Source of the DNA: a virus
Lineage: Duplodnaviria; Caudoviricetes
DNA: 27,019 nucleotides
IMG/VR virus record: IMGVR_UViG_3300003375_000115
Location: 1 to 27,019 of that record
Direction: 5' to 3' (one strand)
Shown here: positions 26,505 to 27,019 of the stretch, piece after piece
Numbering within the stretch: position 1 is the first letter of the stretch
Layout of the letters: each line of letters begins with the position of its first letter
The notes under the pieces: model-generated
Database searches by the model: none
What the model saw: only the letters and a program-made list of their open reading frames with translations
What the model was told of the DNA's origin: nothing
Translations under genes and position numbers: made by a program

Positions 26505-26713
26505 TTTTCAGAAGCCCTTTTTAGTATTGCTCTAGCAAATTGAAGCAAAAAATCCTCAAAACAGTCTGAGTATTTCCAAGTCCATTCTTTCAATATTTCC
26601 TCATCTGTTAGGTCTGCTGGATGGGTATAGAGTGGTTGCCAACCGACACCATGATTTTTAAACGACAAACTGCTATCGTCTTTATTCATCCACGCTATTG
26701 GTTCATTGTTCAT
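26501..26713 (-). CDS. Hypothetical protein (LTDEEI...FARAILKRASEK family)
   Basis: EPIAWM...PLYTHP..LTDEEI...FARAILKRASEK. Confidence 0.75.
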   Translation of the reverse strand: MNNEPIAWMNKDDSSLSFKNHGVGWQPLYTHPADLTDEEILKEWTWKYSDCFEDFLLQFARAILKRASEK

Positions 26714-26909
26714 TTGCTTTTGCCTTTTCTAGTTGATGCACTCGGCTCATTGCCTGTGTTGCCAAGTTGTGCATATCTTTGTACTTGCGTTTCCATTCTT
26801 CTATTTCAGCTTGTTGCTGGCGTAGCATGGTGGCTGTATGGTTTCGTTCCCACATAGTTAATTCTTCAGTTTTAAATGCTTGTATTTCAGCTAATTCTAG
26901 TGCGTTCAT
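26703..26909 (-). CDS. Hypothetical coiled-coil protein
   Basis: MNALELA...ATMLRQQQAEIEEWK; ATGA coupling. Confidence 0.7.
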   Translation of the reverse strand: MNALELAEIQAFKTEELTMWERNHTATMLRQQQAEIEEWKRKYKDMHNLATQAMSRVHQLEKAKANEQ

Positions 26910-27019
26910 TTCTCACTAGCCTTTCTTAGTATTAGATAAGCAAAATAATGTTGTTGTGTAGTAAAACCTTGTTGCATAGCAATACCATCTTCCTGTGATT
27001 CTGCCCACAATTCGTTTAC
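26906..27019 (-). CDS. Hypothetical protein, 5'-truncated (paralog of 26501-26713)
   Basis: Open from the window end: VNELWAESQEDGIAMQQGFTTQQHYFAYLILRKASEK*. Confidence 0.7.
   Translation of the reverse strand, partial: VNELWAESQEDGIAMQQGFTTQQHYFAYLILRKASEK

Larger units (their letters stand above)
1..27019. mobile_element. Tailed phage genome segment (late structural/lysis arm converging on an early recombination arm)
   Basis: Tail fibre with S74 chaperone, holin/spanin/endolysin, SLT ejection protein, ERF, Cas4-like and HNH genes; dense coupled ORFs; no host housekeeping genes. Confidence 0.95.

Noticed and set aside
18772-26857. Alternative ORFs in the early arm (18772-19092, 19652-19879, 22021-22251, 22334-22537, 22957-23217, 23429-23796, 24403-24690, 24477-24683, 24754-24945, 25305-25490, 25830-26144, 26621-26857)
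   Set aside because: They overlap better-supported coupled genes and show no motifs.
1-27019. Stop-codon reassignment
   Set aside because: Genes tile the window densely under the standard code, and TAA, TAG and TGA all terminate genes.

Overview
A 27 kb fragment of a tailed dsDNA phage genome (or prophage), probably podovirus-like. The spanin pair points to a Gram-negative host. A freshwater betaproteobacterial host is only an impression from recalled gene families. Two arms converge at about 18810. The + arm (1-18807) holds a truncated HxGH nucleotidyltransferase, a 20-aa-repeat fibre-like protein, a tail fibre with an S74 chaperone, and a lysis cassette (holin, Rz, an embedded Rz1 missing from the ORF track, GH19 endolysin). 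It continues with a tail nozzle, four probable ejection proteins (one with an SLT domain, one a 1808-aa polyvalent protein), and a metallophosphoesterase plus HExxH peptidase pair. The - arm (18812-27019) holds early/middle genes: Ref-like nuclease, SSB-like protein, ERF recombinase, DUF3310, a DGQHR/ParB-like protein, Cas4-like nuclease, HNH-AP2 endonuclease and many small translationally coupled ORFs, several not in the track. The most intriguing signal is a recurring [FY]xxGG motif that punctuates two ejection proteins and brackets the SLT domain, suggesting Gly-Gly polyprotein processing or module shuffling. I saw no tRNA, rRNA, CRISPR array or integrase. All family calls come from motif recognition by eye, not from database searches.
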